A stretch of DNA of 62,391 nt from an uncultured virus (IMG/VR IMGVR_UViG_2061766007_001805) (IMGVR_UViG_2061766007_001805); one strand, 5' to 3'; shown: positions 14,007 through 25,385, counted from the stretch's first letter. The notes: generated by a model not told the origin, from the sequence alone. Program-made: numbers and translations.

Positions 14007-14903
14007 TCAATGTATAGTTTTACGGAATGTACATGTAGGATAATTACTGCATCCCAGGAAGGGACCGTACTGTCCGTGTTTCCTGATTAGCGTGCTTCCG
14101 CATTTCGGACAGATACCGGCATTGATTTTATCTTCTTTATCTTGTATGGTTGCGTGTATATTGTTGATATGGGTTTTCATAGAAACTTCATTTACAATAT
14201 TATTTGCAGTCAGTAACCGAGCAATCTCCTTTACATCTTCTGGTTGTATATACATTGCTCCATATTCTCTATATTCACGGAATATGTTCAATAATCCGAA
14301 GCCGTCTACGACATGGTATGCTGAACGTATGTTGCTTATGTCCGTATTGCCGACAAAACAGACAACTGGAATTACAGGCAGATTTTTCCAAGCTTTCAAT
14401 TTATTTTTTATAGCATATGTGTGCCCTATTGACTGTTTTACCGGGTTATAGAATTTGTATTTTGTTTTATAGGTATAAGTCTTGAATGGATTGCTTCTAT
14501 AATTCACATCAGTGAGTATTACCTGTGTCCATTCTTCTTGGTTGTCTTGACCGTATATAATTCCTCTGTAATTTTTTGTTTCTATTGCAAATATGCCGTA
14601 TTTTGAGACTACGATATGGTCGATCTGAGACGTAGTTCCATTATTAGTTAACAAGACTACATCATCCAGTATAATGAAACCATTTGGAAGATTCATCAGA
14701 ATGTTATGAACTTGTGCTTCACCGAGCTTGCCCCTGTATTGTGACAAATCAGTGCCAGATTCAGTTTTGGAACATTTATTAACCGATTTTCTCAGGTTAA
14801 AATATAAAATAACCGATAAGAGAAAGCCTATGAGTATTAGTATGTAAAAATACATAGGTATATAATCAAATAGAGCCATAATAGACATACAAATAGTAGA
14901 CAT
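14007..14903 (-). CDS. NERD-domain (nuclease-related) protein with N-terminal membrane anchor and C-terminal topoisomerase-type C4 zinc ribbon
   Basis: GKLGE, SQIDHIVVSKYGIFAIETKNY.G, FYNPVKQ, CPKCG...G.YG.FLGCSNYP.C; upstream TAnnTTTG promoter motif near 14922-14931. Confidence 0.9.
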   Translation of the reverse strand: MSTICMSIMALFDYIPMYFYILILIGFLLSVILYFNLRKSVNKCSKTESGTDLSQYRGKLGEAQVHNILMNLPNGFIILDDVVLLTNNGTTSQIDHIVVSKYGIFAIETKNYRGIIYGQDNQEEWTQVILTDVNYRSNPFKTYTYKTKYKFYNPVKQSIGHTYAIKNKLKAWKNLPVIPVVCFVGNTDISNIRSAYHVVDGFGLLNIFREYREYGAMYIQPEDVKEIARLLTANNIVNEVSMKTHINNIHATIQDKEDKINAGICPKCGSTLIRKHGQYGPFLGCSNYPTCTFRKTIH

Positions 14904-15157
14904 TATTGTTATTAATAGACTACAAAAGTATATAGATTATTTTACAAAAACAAAAATTCAGGAAATCATTATAGATTTTTAACAATATGATGAATATGTT
15001 CTGCAGCAAAACAATTAGTTAGTTTGGATTTCCAACATCATCTCTTGGGTTTCATTTAATTAAGTTGTTTTGCTGCAGAACAATTAGTTATTTCGGATTG
15101 TCAAACATCATTCATAAAAAAGAGCAACTATCAGGAGAGATAATTGCTCTTGTTGTA

Positions 15158-15919
15158 TTAGTCAGGGAAGTATCGATAAAGTCTAAGGAGTAGTTCAGTG
15201 TCTTTTCTAAGTTCTTTTTTTATATCATTATAATTATTTTCCGGAAAGAACAAGTTGATTATCTTGACTACCGTATAGTCTGGTTGTTCTATTGATGCTT
15301 TGTCAATTTTATAAAATGCACTACAGATGTCTGAGTTATATATATGCAGTCCGATATAGTTTTTATCCGAAAGTCTATAAAGATTATATATGGAGAACCG
15401 ATTAAGGAATCTGCTGTATTCTCCGTTTTTAAATAAACATTTTATGATCATACCGGCAAAATTACATGCGGCTATGTATGAATTTGCTTTTGGGAGATTG
15501 AAGAACAGTACCATGTTAAGTTTGTGTTTTGCAGTTGAAGTGTCACTGAACTCCGTCAAAGTGTTATAATGTGTGATTGCTTTATATCCATAGAAATCAA
15601 TGAACTTGCAGTTGTTGAATTTGTTTCTCAGCAAGACTGTCACCACTGTTTTTACTACAACGGGTTGTGAATACTCTATTCCATATACATCGAATAAGTA
15701 AAACAATTTTCTGTATATATGTGGAATTTCAACAGTCCATTTTGCAGTCTGTGTATAGATCATATGCGTTATTTCAAAGATCATACAGTGAGTATATCTG
15801 GATGACATAACATTATAGTACTCTGCCGGATTGGAGTATGTCTCGACTGTATTGAATGTATCTTCAGTCAATGACAAGTCATCTTCAGTTAGTTCAAGGA
15901 TTTTGAAATAATCTTCCAT
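15158..15919 (-). CDS. MILNE-family paralog, 253 aa (shortened leader MEDYF)
   Basis: Intact ORF with family motifs. Confidence 0.85.
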   Translation of the reverse strand: MEDYFKILELTEDDLSLTEDTFNTVETYSNPAEYYNVMSSRYTHCMIFEITHMIYTQTAKWTVEIPHIYRKLFYLFDVYGIEYSQPVVVKTVVTVLLRNKFNNCKFIDFYGYKAITHYNTLTEFSDTSTAKHKLNMVLFFNLPKANSYIAACNFAGMIIKCLFKNGEYSRFLNRFSIYNLYRLSDKNYIGLHIYNSDICSAFYKIDKASIEQPDYTVVKIINLFFPENNYNDIKKELRKDTELLLRLYRYFPD

Positions 15920-16208
15920 ATGGTTTTGTTATTTACTCTTGTGATTTCCGAAACAATGATGTCTGAAGCACCATAGTTTTTTCCTGACACTATGGAGCTG
16001 CTATAAAAACGGCAGTTTATTGCGGATATTGTCAAGAACATAGAAAAATATGAAAGATTTTAAAAAAATTTGGACTATCAAACATCATATCTTGAGTTGA
16101 GATTATCAAGTTGTTCTGTAATGAAACAAGTGGTTTTGTTTGGACTGTCAGACATCATCTGAATCCGGTTGCTGTCTGATGTGCTGTCTCTTTTTTTAGA
16201 CTAATATT

Positions 16209-16682
16209 TTGTTAAAGTTTCCTAATAATTCAACAGAAATTTTGTAGTTTGAAAAATTTCATATACCTTTGCACTCAGAGAAATGTTAAGTATTCGTATG
16301 TATTCTTTTTTTCCAATAGCACCCCTGCGTGAGCAACGGTGCTATTTTTTTATATTGGACTGTCAGACATCATCTGTTAAAGTTTTCAAATAATTCAACA
16401 GAATTTTTGTAGTTTGAAAAATTTTATATAACTTTGCACTCAGATAAAATACATCGTATTACTCATATGAATTGTTTGGTAGCACTCTTGCGTGAGCAAC
16501 GGTGCTATTTTTATTGGACCTGATATCATCTGTTAAAGTTTCCTAATAATTCAATAGAAATTTTGTAGTTTGTAAAATTTCATATACCTTTGTACTCAGA
16601 GACAGTTAAGTATTCATATGTTATGTTTATAATTTTTTGCTTGCAAATAGCACTCTTGCGTGAGCAACGGTGCTATTTTTTT
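16209..16682 (+). ncRNA. Three tandem small-RNA-like cassettes: Bacteroidetes promoter, ~40-55 nt variable segment, conserved hairpin TAGCAC..TGCGTGAGCAACGGTGCTA-Tn
   Basis: TAnnTTTG motifs at 16264, 16429 and 16585; hairpins at ~16317, 16480 and 16648; no convincing ORF. Confidence 0.55.
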
Positions 16683-17098
16683 ATATTGAACTGCCGGACA
16701 TCATCTGTTATCACTCATATCAGCAATAAGCAGTTTTAAGCAGTTATTTCTGTACTGAACTAACAACTATACTGTTTTCAGATAAAAACTCGACAGAGAG
16801 TGATTCTGTGCAGAAATACGGACTATCAACAGTTTTCCTGTAATGCTATGTAGTGTGTGCATATGCGGATGCATATATACGTATATACGTGTGTTATTAT
16901 TATATGGAATTTCAACACAAGTATCAAAATTAAGAAATTTCAAAAAAAAAAATTCATTCAGTAAATTTCTGGAATATAATGATTTACGGAAAGAAAAATA
17001 AAAAATTTGAAAAAAATTTGAGAAAATTTAAAACTAAATCAAAAACACTGAGTATAATAAATAGATAGGATATTAAGATTATTAGGTTTAAATTAGTC
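16531..17098. repeat. ~570-bp non-coding block duplicated at 61814-62391
   Basis: Long shared tracts, e.g. GCTATGTAGTGTGTGCATATGCGGATGCATATA and GAGTATAATAAATAGATAGGATATTAAGATTATTAGGTTTAAATTAGTC. Confidence 0.9.
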
Positions 17099-17561
17099 TT
17101 TCTTAAAGGAAAAATTCGATTTAGTTAACAAGAAGGGTAAAGAGTAAAGAGAGTTGGTAGAAAGAAGTAGAGAATGTTTTTCTTTGCTTCTTTCTTTTTT
17201 ATTGAAATTTTTTTGAATTTTTTTTCTTTTTGTTTCTTTTTCTTTGCTTCTTTCTTTTTTTTATTGAAAATGGATTTTAGTTAGAGAACTTGTGATTTGA
17301 AGATTCATAGATTCGAAGATGATGTTGGATGTCCGGTAATCTTCCATAACTACGCTTCAGGTTAAAAAACAGCGGTTTATCATGGATATTCTGATGATCA
17401 TAAATGATCATAGTATATAGTCCATTAGCAGTGTCTGTCTGGTAGTCTAACATCATATAGTTGTTCTGTAGCGAAACAAGTGGTTTTGTTTGGACTATCA
17501 GACATCATCTTTACAATAATAAAAAGAGCAACTATCTGGATAGATAATTGCTCTTGTGCTT

Positions 17562-18323
17562 TTAATAATCCGGGAAGCAGTTATATAGTTTGAGAAGCAG
17601 TTGGTTATTTACAGTGAGTTCTTTTTTTATATTATTATATTTCTTTTCCGGGAAGAACAGATTGACTATAGTAACTAATTTCCAGTTAGGTTCTACTATT
17701 GATGTTTTATCGATGTTATTTATTTTATTATTGTGGGTATATGGATTGACTATAGCAAATCCCATAACTGGCATAATGTTATAAACATACATTGAATCTA
17801 CGAATGTGTTATAATTTTTATTTCTCCATAATGTTTTCATAATATTACCGACGAACTTGCATGCTGCTGTATATGACTGTGTTTTTGGTAGATTAAAGAA
17901 CAATAATACACTCAACTCTTGATTTTCTAATGTATCATAATATGTGATCAATTTATATCCATGGAAATCAAAGAACTTACAGTCTTCTAATTTAGTTTTA
18001 ATAAGGTAACTTATATGGTAATCTTCTTCTGACACTACCGGTTTTGAATATTCCATTCCATATGAGTCAAACAGATAAAAGAGTTTCTTGAGCATACATG
18101 GTATTTTATTAGTCCATAGATCAGAGTCTGTTAGAATATGTTTATTTGTTTTTATACCTAAGGTTATATAATGACTGTATTTGGATGACATTGCATTATA
18201 ATACTCTTTTCCGTTAGCATACTCAAAAGAGTTGTAATTATTAGGTAACATACTGTCATCTGAAGATTTAATATCGTCATCAGTCAGTTTCAGATCATCA
18301 AAGTAACTTTCGTTCAATATCAT
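17562..18323 (-). CDS. MILNE-family paralog, 253 aa
   Basis: Intact ORF. Confidence 0.9.
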   Translation of the reverse strand: MILNESYFDDLKLTDDDIKSSDDSMLPNNYNSFEYANGKEYYNAMSSKYSHYITLGIKTNKHILTDSDLWTNKIPCMLKKLFYLFDSYGMEYSKPVVSEEDYHISYLIKTKLEDCKFFDFHGYKLITYYDTLENQELSVLLFFNLPKTQSYTAACKFVGNIMKTLWRNKNYNTFVDSMYVYNIMPVMGFAIVNPYTHNNKINNIDKTSIVEPNWKLVTIVNLFFPEKKYNNIKKELTVNNQLLLKLYNCFPDY

Positions 18324-18358
18324 CTGTATATGGATAAATCAGTTTCATTATTTATTCT
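18324..18358 (-). promoter_or_regulatory. Conserved 5' motif of family genes GAATAAATAATGAAACTGATTTATCCATATACAG-ATG, containing a T4-late-like ATAAATA box
   Basis: Nearly identical upstream of most paralogs. The variant ATAAATACATAAACTGAATTTCCATAATA-ATG precedes subfamilies B and C. The late-promoter role is inferred from T4 TATAAATA. Confidence 0.6.
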
Positions 18359-18650
18359 TCACCATAACTGCGTTCCAGGTTAAAAAACGGCAGTTTATCA
18401 CGGATTTCCTAATGATCATTGAAAGATCATAAATGTTATTGAGTCTATTAGCAGTGGCTGTCCGGTAGTCTGATAGTCCGATAGTCCGGTAATCTGGTAA
18501 TCTGGCACTTCAACATCATCTATCAAGTTGTTCTGTAGCGAAACAAGTAGTTTTATTTAGACTGCCAGATATCATCCATACAATTCCTCATGAACTGTGC
18601 TTTCTGTTTTTTATATAGTGATATAAATAAAAAAACACACAATATATAAT

Positions 18651-19421
18651 ATGTTCATAAATGAAGATTACTTCAATGATGTAGAAATAAATGATGAAGA
18701 TGTAACTGCTGATGACAATAATATAAATGACAAGATATACAATGATGCAAAAGCATTAAACAATCATCTGACATCCAAATATAAGCAATGTATAATAATC
18801 AAATTAAATACATTGTCGGATTATGATTTTGAAGAAATAGACAACCGATACATATCTCCGATAATCAAGCGACTGCAATATCTATTCAATGTGTATGATA
18901 TAGAATTTGAATATATTTTAAGAGATGAAACTAATCCGGATGATTTTATGTATAACAGAGCATATATATATGACCTGGGAAACCATAAAGTGTTTTCATT
19001 TTACAATAAGGAAGAATACTATGAAAGAGACTGTGATGAGTTGAACATAGTATTATATCTCAATCTGCCTGACTTTAATTATAAAGATTCATATAATTTC
19101 ATTAACAGAATATGCTATGCGGTATGGAAGAATGAACATGTTAATTATGAGGTAATATAGAAAATATACTTTACAGGGAAACCACGTTCATTATTTGAGT
19201 ATTTTTCTTATGGATTGAATTAGTTAAGTAATGATTTCTTTATTAATCCATACCAATATTGTGGTGTTATCGTACAAGGATTGCCATATAGAATATTCTT
19301 CAAGAAAGCACTTTGTTTCTTCAATAATACAGATAAAGATATACAGGCAATCGAAAGAATGTGGAAACAGATAGTAGTACAAGAGACCGATCCGTTCAAG
19401 TCTATAAGAAAAACGTTGTGA
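18651..19421 (+). CDS. MILNE-family paralog, subfamily C, 256 aa (code 15)
   Basis: 2 TAG read through to LPYRIFFKKAL...DPFK..TGA. Confidence 0.85.
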
Positions 19422-19518
19422 CAGTGACTGTTTGAAATTCCAACATCATTTCTCTTGGGTTTCATTTGATTAAGTTGTTCTGCAGCGAAACAAGTGGTTT
19501 TGTTTGGACTGCCAAACA

Positions 19519-19641
19519 TCATATATACAGTGGCGAAAAGTCAGTGACACACGCATTTAATGCATCTACAACAGTCTGTCGCTATTCGACTGCAATATTG
19601 GTGGAGTTGACCAAATCTCCTGTAATAACACCTTTAATCAT
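19519..19641 (-). pseudogene. Truncated SatD-like N-terminal fragment (MIKGVITGDLVNST...)
   Basis: Resembles the SatD-family start (VITGD[IL][VI]NS); TACCTTTG promoter motif at ~19664-19671; cut off at a cassette repeat. Confidence 0.45.
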
Positions 19642-20024
19642 AGATATAAACTATTTGTTGATGCAAAGGTAATACATTTTCTTAGTTAAGTCAAGCGATT
19701 ATGGTTGATTTTGCAAAATCAAGCTAATTTATTTGATTTTTTAACATATTATGATAGATCTATCTTGCACAACACAAGATTTATCATACAAAATCAAAGG
19801 ATTTTACTTGATTTCAAAGAATCAATGGAATTAAGTTGATTTGTACCGATAGTAAAATTTAAGGGAGAACATTTGAGTCCCCCCTTACAATGTGGCTTTC
19901 CTTAGCAATCTTCATAACTTCAGCACTTTAGTTAGAGTTGTTTTGTGTTATTCATGGTTATTTAGGTATTGCTACATACATTTATAAAAGAGCAAATATC
20001 AGGAGAGATAATTGCTCTTGTGTA

Positions 20025-20768
20025 TTAATCATCCGGGAAACATCTATATAATTTAAGAAGCAGTTGTTTATCTTTGATGAGTTCTTTTTTTATATCATTA
20101 CCATTCTTTTCCGGGAAGAACAGTTTGATTATATTAATTAATTTCGTGGAAGGTTTTTCTATTGATGTTTTATCAATGTTAACTAATTTATTGGTATATG
20201 GATTGACCATAACAAATATTATATCCATAAAATTATAAACACTAAATGAATTCACGAATATGTCATATAATTTATTTTTCCATAAACACCTCATCATATT
20301 ACCGACGAACTTACATGCTGCTGTATATGACTATGTTTTTGGTAGATTAAAGAACAGTAGCATACTCAACTTATTAAACCCATCTAATGTATCATACGTT
20401 GTGAACGCTTTATATCCATGGAAATCAAAAATCTTACAACCTTTAAATTTAGTTTTAATAAGGTAACTTACATAGTAATCTGGTTCTGTTACTACCGGTT
20501 TTGAATATTCTATTTCATATGTGTCAAATAGATAAAAGAGTTTCTTGAGCATATGTGGTATTTTATCAGTCCATAAATAAGAGTCTGTTAGAATATGTTC
20601 ATCTGTTTTTATACCTAAGGCTATATAATGACTGTATTTGGATGACATTTCATTATAGTATTCTTTTGGATTAGCATAGTCATCAGTGTTGAGATTAACA
20701 TCATCTGAAGATTTAATATCGTCATCAGTCAGTTTCAAATCATCAAAGAAGTCTCCGTTCAATATCAT
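20025..20768 (-). CDS. MILNE-family paralog, 247 aa (code 15)
   Basis: TAG at 20331 aligns with CAG (PKTQSY) in 17562-18323. Confidence 0.85.
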
Positions 20769-21010
20769 CTGTATATGGATAAATCAATTTCATTATTTAT
20801 TCTTCTGGAAGATGAAAAGCGGTAATCTTCCATAACTACGCTTCAGGTTAAAAAACAGCAGTTTATCACGGATGTGAACAGAAGCCGGTTTGGTAATACA
20901 GTAGTCCGGTAGTATAGTGCTTCAACAACAACTCTTGATAGTGATTATATTGTTCTGTAGCGAAACAAGTGGTTTTGTTTGGACTGCCAGACATCATCTG
21001 CATAATATAG

Positions 21011-21140
21011 AAAAAGAGCACTATCCTCACGGACAATGCTCTTAGAAATTTTTAAATTTAATCAAAATGAAAATAAAAATACACAGTTTCTATATATTAT
21101 ATTGCCGTTTTCTTGAATAGTTTTTAAAAATCCATGTTTT
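21011..21140 (-). ncRNA. Second small-RNA-like cassette family: conserved upstream motif, variable segment, hairpin GAGCA..GTCCGTGAGGATAGTGCTC-Tn (copies ~23008, 25946, 27019, 49289)
   Basis: Same flanks with different 50-60 nt interiors in 5 copies. Confidence 0.45.
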
Positions 21141-21167
21141 TATAATTTATTAACAATATTCATAACT

Positions 21168-22772
21168 TTAAAATAAGGATACTTGAAGTTGTTTAACATC
21201 GTCTATTCTATTTGATGCTTTCTTTACCGGTTTCGGCGACTCATAACATCCATCGCATTTGATTTTGAAATTATAATACTTGCCGGTTGATTCACTGATG
21301 ATGTTAAGATTCACATTATCTCCCAAATCGATTAAAGTGAGCAAGTGGTGTAATCTGTCTATTTCTTCAGGTGCTCTTAAAATCAAGTCCACGTTAATTC
21401 TGTCCACATGGGAAAAACATGTTGCAAACATAGGCATATACGTCACAAAAGAAGGTAAGGACTCTACTTCAACGCTAACAGTATCAAAGTCCGTATTCTT
21501 CTGCATAAGGTCATCAAAGACATTCTGCGGTTCTATTGCACAACCTTTATAGCCATTCGATGCAATGTAGAAATTCCCTTCAGTATTCTCCACATTTACA
21601 TTATTCATGAAATCTTCATAATCAAGCAATCTCTTTATCTTGCTTGCTATCGTATAGCCTATATGAGTAGGAACAGCTTCACCTATGCATCTCCTGATGT
21701 TTCCTTCATTTGCCTTCAAGTATTCGTCGGAGTTTTCAACAGTTAATTCAGCATCATGGTCTGTCCATTGAAATGTATTTGGAATTGTCATCAGAGTCAT
21801 AAGTTCCCTAATGCTGAGAACACGATTATCACATGGGTGAATTGTATCTTGCGATGACATAATATCACTCCTGGTTGCAATGCACGCACCGGGTCTGTTC
21901 CATATGAGTCTGCGATACTTATTTCCCATATATGCACCCTTATTGATAATACGATTACCATCTTTGTCAAAAGTACATGGCTTGGTATCGTCCGGATTAT
22001 CAAAGGCTGTCTCTCCTTCTTTTAAGTCCTTTATCCAGGCAAGCATATACTCAGGGAAAGGACGTGCAAAATGGAAAGGATCGTGTTTATCTTTCTCTCC
22101 AAAAGCAAGACGTGGAAAACTGCCAATGGAATCTCTGAGCAAAATCTCATTCTTTCTTGTCGGAAATAAATCAAGGGGCATAACATGGTGGAGTTCACGG
22201 CTTGTACCAATCACAAGTGTTCTTGGTCTGCTTGATGGAACGCCATAATCCTTGAAATTAATTATCTTCCAATAAATGTTATAATATTCAGACAGATTAT
22301 TAAATATGCAATCCCTTATAGTCATATCTTGACCGGATATGTCTGTGCAAATGGATTTCATAAATGCACGGACATTCTCGAACACAAAGACTTTAGGATG
22401 GATTGTCATAATCATCCTAATAGCTTCGACGACAAGAGAGTTTCTGATCTGCTCATGTTCATTCTTCTTATAGTTAGCCGTTGACATGCCTTGACATGGG
22501 GGTGTAGCGAACACTACATCAACTTGTTGTAGGTTATGCTTATCTCGCCACATCTGTATTTCATCCATAATCATTTGATGTGTTTCCGGAGATGTTGCAT
22601 CACCGCAGATATAACCGCTTTCGTAACGGCATTTGTGATTGGCACGTTGTACTGATATTCTGGATTCCTGTAATTCATTGGATGCTATGCACTCGAAATC
22701 GTTCATTTTGAAGCCGTAGCATCCTACACCGGCACAACTGAAAAGTGATATGTAAGTTCTTGTCATATACAT
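21168..22772 (-). CDS. C5 cytosine DNA methyltransferase (orphan; start may be 22766)
   Basis: Motif I SLFSCAGVG, catalytic PPCQG, FENV, RPRT, R.LS.RE, GEAVP. Confidence 0.92.
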   Translation of the reverse strand: MYMTRTYISLFSCAGVGCYGFKMNDFECIASNELQESRISVQRANHKCRYESGYICGDATSPETHQMIMDEIQMWRDKHNLQQVDVVFATPPCQGMSTANYKKNEHEQIRNSLVVEAIRMIMTIHPKVFVFENVRAFMKSICTDISGQDMTIRDCIFNNLSEYYNIYWKIINFKDYGVPSSRPRTLVIGTSRELHHVMPLDLFPTRKNEILLRDSIGSFPRLAFGEKDKHDPFHFARPFPEYMLAWIKDLKEGETAFDNPDDTKPCTFDKDGNRIINKGAYMGNKYRRLIWNRPGACIATRSDIMSSQDTIHPCDNRVLSIRELMTLMTIPNTFQWTDHDAELTVENSDEYLKANEGNIRRCIGEAVPTHIGYTIASKIKRLLDYEDFMNNVNVENTEGNFYIASNGYKGCAIEPQNVFDDLMQKNTDFDTVSVEVESLPSFVTYMPMFATCFSHVDRINVDLILRAPEEIDRLHHLLTLIDLGDNVNLNIISESTGKYYNFKIKCDGCYESPKPVKKASNRIDDVKQLQVSLF

Positions 22773-23118
22773 ACATTATGATTAATATCTAAAAATTATA
22801 TTTTTATTTATATAGTTTTTCTTTAATAATATCAGATATTTGGATATCCATAACAATATTTAAATATCTGGTAATATCTGAATATCTAATAATATCCGGA
22901 TATCAGATTCTGATATATTTGGACATAATATATCACGGTCTATTATTTCTGCAGCAAAACAAGTGGTTTTTGTTTGGACTGCCAGACATCATCTATACAA
23001 CAATAAGAAAAAGAGCACTATCCTCACGGACCGTGCTCCTCACTTTTTTAACTTCTAAATTTGAATATATATTTCAATCTTTTCTATATATTATACTGCC
23101 GTATTTCAAAAAAGTTTT

Positions 23119-23883
23119 TCAAATATCTGTGTTTTTATTCAAGCTGAAATACTTGTATAGTTTCTTGTACTCTGCTTTATTATTATCAAACAGTTCATCC
23201 TTTATTGTCTGTGTGTCTTTTTCCGGAAAGAACAGTCTCAGCCAGTCAAACAGCAAATCGGAGTTCTATGTCATTGTTATTCTCAGACCGGGATATTTGA
23301 TTGGATTGAAGATATAAGAACCCCAATTTGTATTATATGAGTTGATTCGTTTGAGCTCCCATATGTAGAAGCATTCGATTCGGTTTTCATACACACTGTT
23401 CCATAAGCATTTCATAATATTGCTGTTGAACACACATGCTGACTTATACGAGCGGATTACCGGAAGATTGAATAATATGACCGCTGTGTAAGTACTTAAA
23501 TATTTCAGTGCTTTAGCACCGCTGTCGCATCGGGTTGCCAACTTAAATCCGTAAAAGTCGAGGAAGTTGCAGTCTTTAAATGAATCCGAGAAATGATTTG
23601 AGACACCGTCCTGTAATATAGGCTCTGAGTAGTCTATTCCGTATGCATCGAACAGGTATTTGACTCGTTTCAATATGAACTGTATATATTCTACCGTCTC
23701 TTTTTCGTTTTCAGAGTTCACAAAATTGATGTTGATGCAGTGAGTGTACTTGATCTTCATATCAGCAAACCATTCTTCAGGAGTAACATACTTGTTGTTA
23801 TGAGATATGGCAATGCCGTCTGAAGATTCGATGTCTTCATCCTTTATCTCCAAATCATCAAAGTAGTCTTCATTTAATATCAT
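23119..23883 (-). CDS. MILNE-family paralog, 254 aa (code 15)
   Basis: TAG at 23266 read through to LFFPEKD...KLYKYF..TGA. Confidence 0.85.
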
Positions 23884-24269
23884 CTGTATATGGATAAATC
23901 GGTTTCATTATTTATTCTTAATTGACTGGTAAATGGCTTTTACTACGCTTCAGGTTTAAAAACGGCAGTTTATCACGGATATTCTGTAGAATCATATAAG
24001 AGCTTTGATAGTTGCTGTCCCGGTTCCAACATCATCTCTTGAGTTTCATTTGATTAAGTTGTTTTGCTGCAGAACAATTAGTTAGTTTAGAAATTCAACA
24101 TATTAAAGAAGGTAACGATATACGTGTTGACACATTTTAATTCATATATATTTGATTGACAACTGATTGTGTTGTATTTTGTATTTAATTATTCATATAT
24201 TTGATTTTCATATAAATTGTTTGTTGATTTCAGAATTTTTTTGTAACTTTGCCTGCAAATAAAATTTAT

Positions 24270-25385
24270 ATGATACAGGCTTACAGATATAAGATATTAC
24301 CTGATGCTCAACAGAAAGTTGTTTTATCTAACTTTTTCGGTTGTGCAAGATTCATATATAACTGGGGTTTGAATATAAAGACTAAAGAATACGAGACAAG
24401 CAAGAAAAGTGTCTCATATAATCAACTTGCTAAAGAACTCACTCAACTCAAGAAGAAAGAACAATATTCATGGTTGAATGATGTAACTGTAGAATCTCTA
24501 CAGCAGTCTTTACGGAATCTTGAAACTGCTTTTTCCAAATTCTTTAAGAAAGAAGCAGAATATCCTCAGAAGAAAAAGAAGAGAAAATGCAAAGACTCTG
24601 TGAAATTCATTAGGAATATCCATTTTGATTTCAATAAATGGATGGTTAAACTACCGAAGATTGGTTGGGTGAGTCTTTGCAAGAACAGGATGTTTGATAC
24701 AAACTCATGTAAAACCGGAACTTGTACTGTCAGCAGAGATGCTTGCGGTGAATATTGGTGTTCTATCTTAGTGGATGACAAGCATATTGCTCCGATGAAA
24801 GCCAAATTGGAGAAAGATAATGCAGTCGGCATCGATTTGGGCATCAAAGACTATGCTATACTCTCTGACGGTATCAAGTTCCATAATCCGAAATATCTTG
24901 AGAGAACAAGTCGGAAACTCACATGGACACAGAGGTCTTTTTCAAGAAAGACTAAAGGTTCAAAGAACAGAGAGAAACAGAAGACTAAACTCCTGAAGTA
25001 TTACAGACTTGTCACTAACCAGAGAATTGACTATCTTCATAAGGTTTCCACGGAAATTGTCAGAAATTACAATACAATATGTATTGAAGATCTGAATGTG
25101 GACGGTATGATGAAGAATCATAAACTGGCAAGAAGCATACAGTCTGCAAGTTGGAGTGAGTTCAGAAGGATGTTAGAGTATAAGTCTGAGTGGTATGGTA
25201 AAAATCTGCTTGTCATCGGCAGGTTTGAACCAAGCAGCAAGACTTGTAATAAATGCGGATACATCAAGAAAGACTTGACATTGAAAGACAGAGAATGGAT
25301 ATGTCCTGTATGCGGAGAACATCATGACAGAGATGTTAATGCTGCAAGAAATATCTTGGATATGTCTTTTAAAAATGTGAAATAA
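24270..25385 (+). CDS. tnpB: TnpB RNA-guided endonuclease (IS200/IS605 OrfB family), 371 aa
   Basis: AYRYKI.P...FGCARFIYNWGL HTH; RuvC GIDLG, IEDL and DRDVNAARNI; SSKTC..C / CPVCG zinc finger; TAACTTTG promoter motif at 24244. Confidence 0.95.
   Translation: MIQAYRYKILPDAQQKVVLSNFFGCARFIYNWGLNIKTKEYETSKKSVSYNQLAKELTQLKKKEQYSWLNDVTVESLQQSLRNLETAFSKFFKKEAEYPQKKKKRKCKDSVKFIRNIHFDFNKWMVKLPKIGWVSLCKNRMFDTNSCKTGTCTVSRDACGEYWCSILVDDKHIAPMKAKLEKDNAVGIDLGIKDYAILSDGIKFHNPKYLERTSRKLTWTQRSFSRKTKGSKNREKQKTKLLKYYRLVTNQRIDYLHKVSTEIVRNYNTICIEDLNVDGMMKNHKLARSIQSASWSEFRRMLEYKSEWYGKNLLVIGRFEPSSKTCNKCGYIKKDLTLKDREWICPVCGEHHDRDVNAARNILDMSFKNVK

Noticed and set aside
24270..25385. TnpB as the Cas12 effector for the CRISPR arrays
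   Set aside because: It is a typical 371-aa TnpB, 25 kb away, inside its own mobile element with its own 3' RNA region. The repeats are Cas12a-type.
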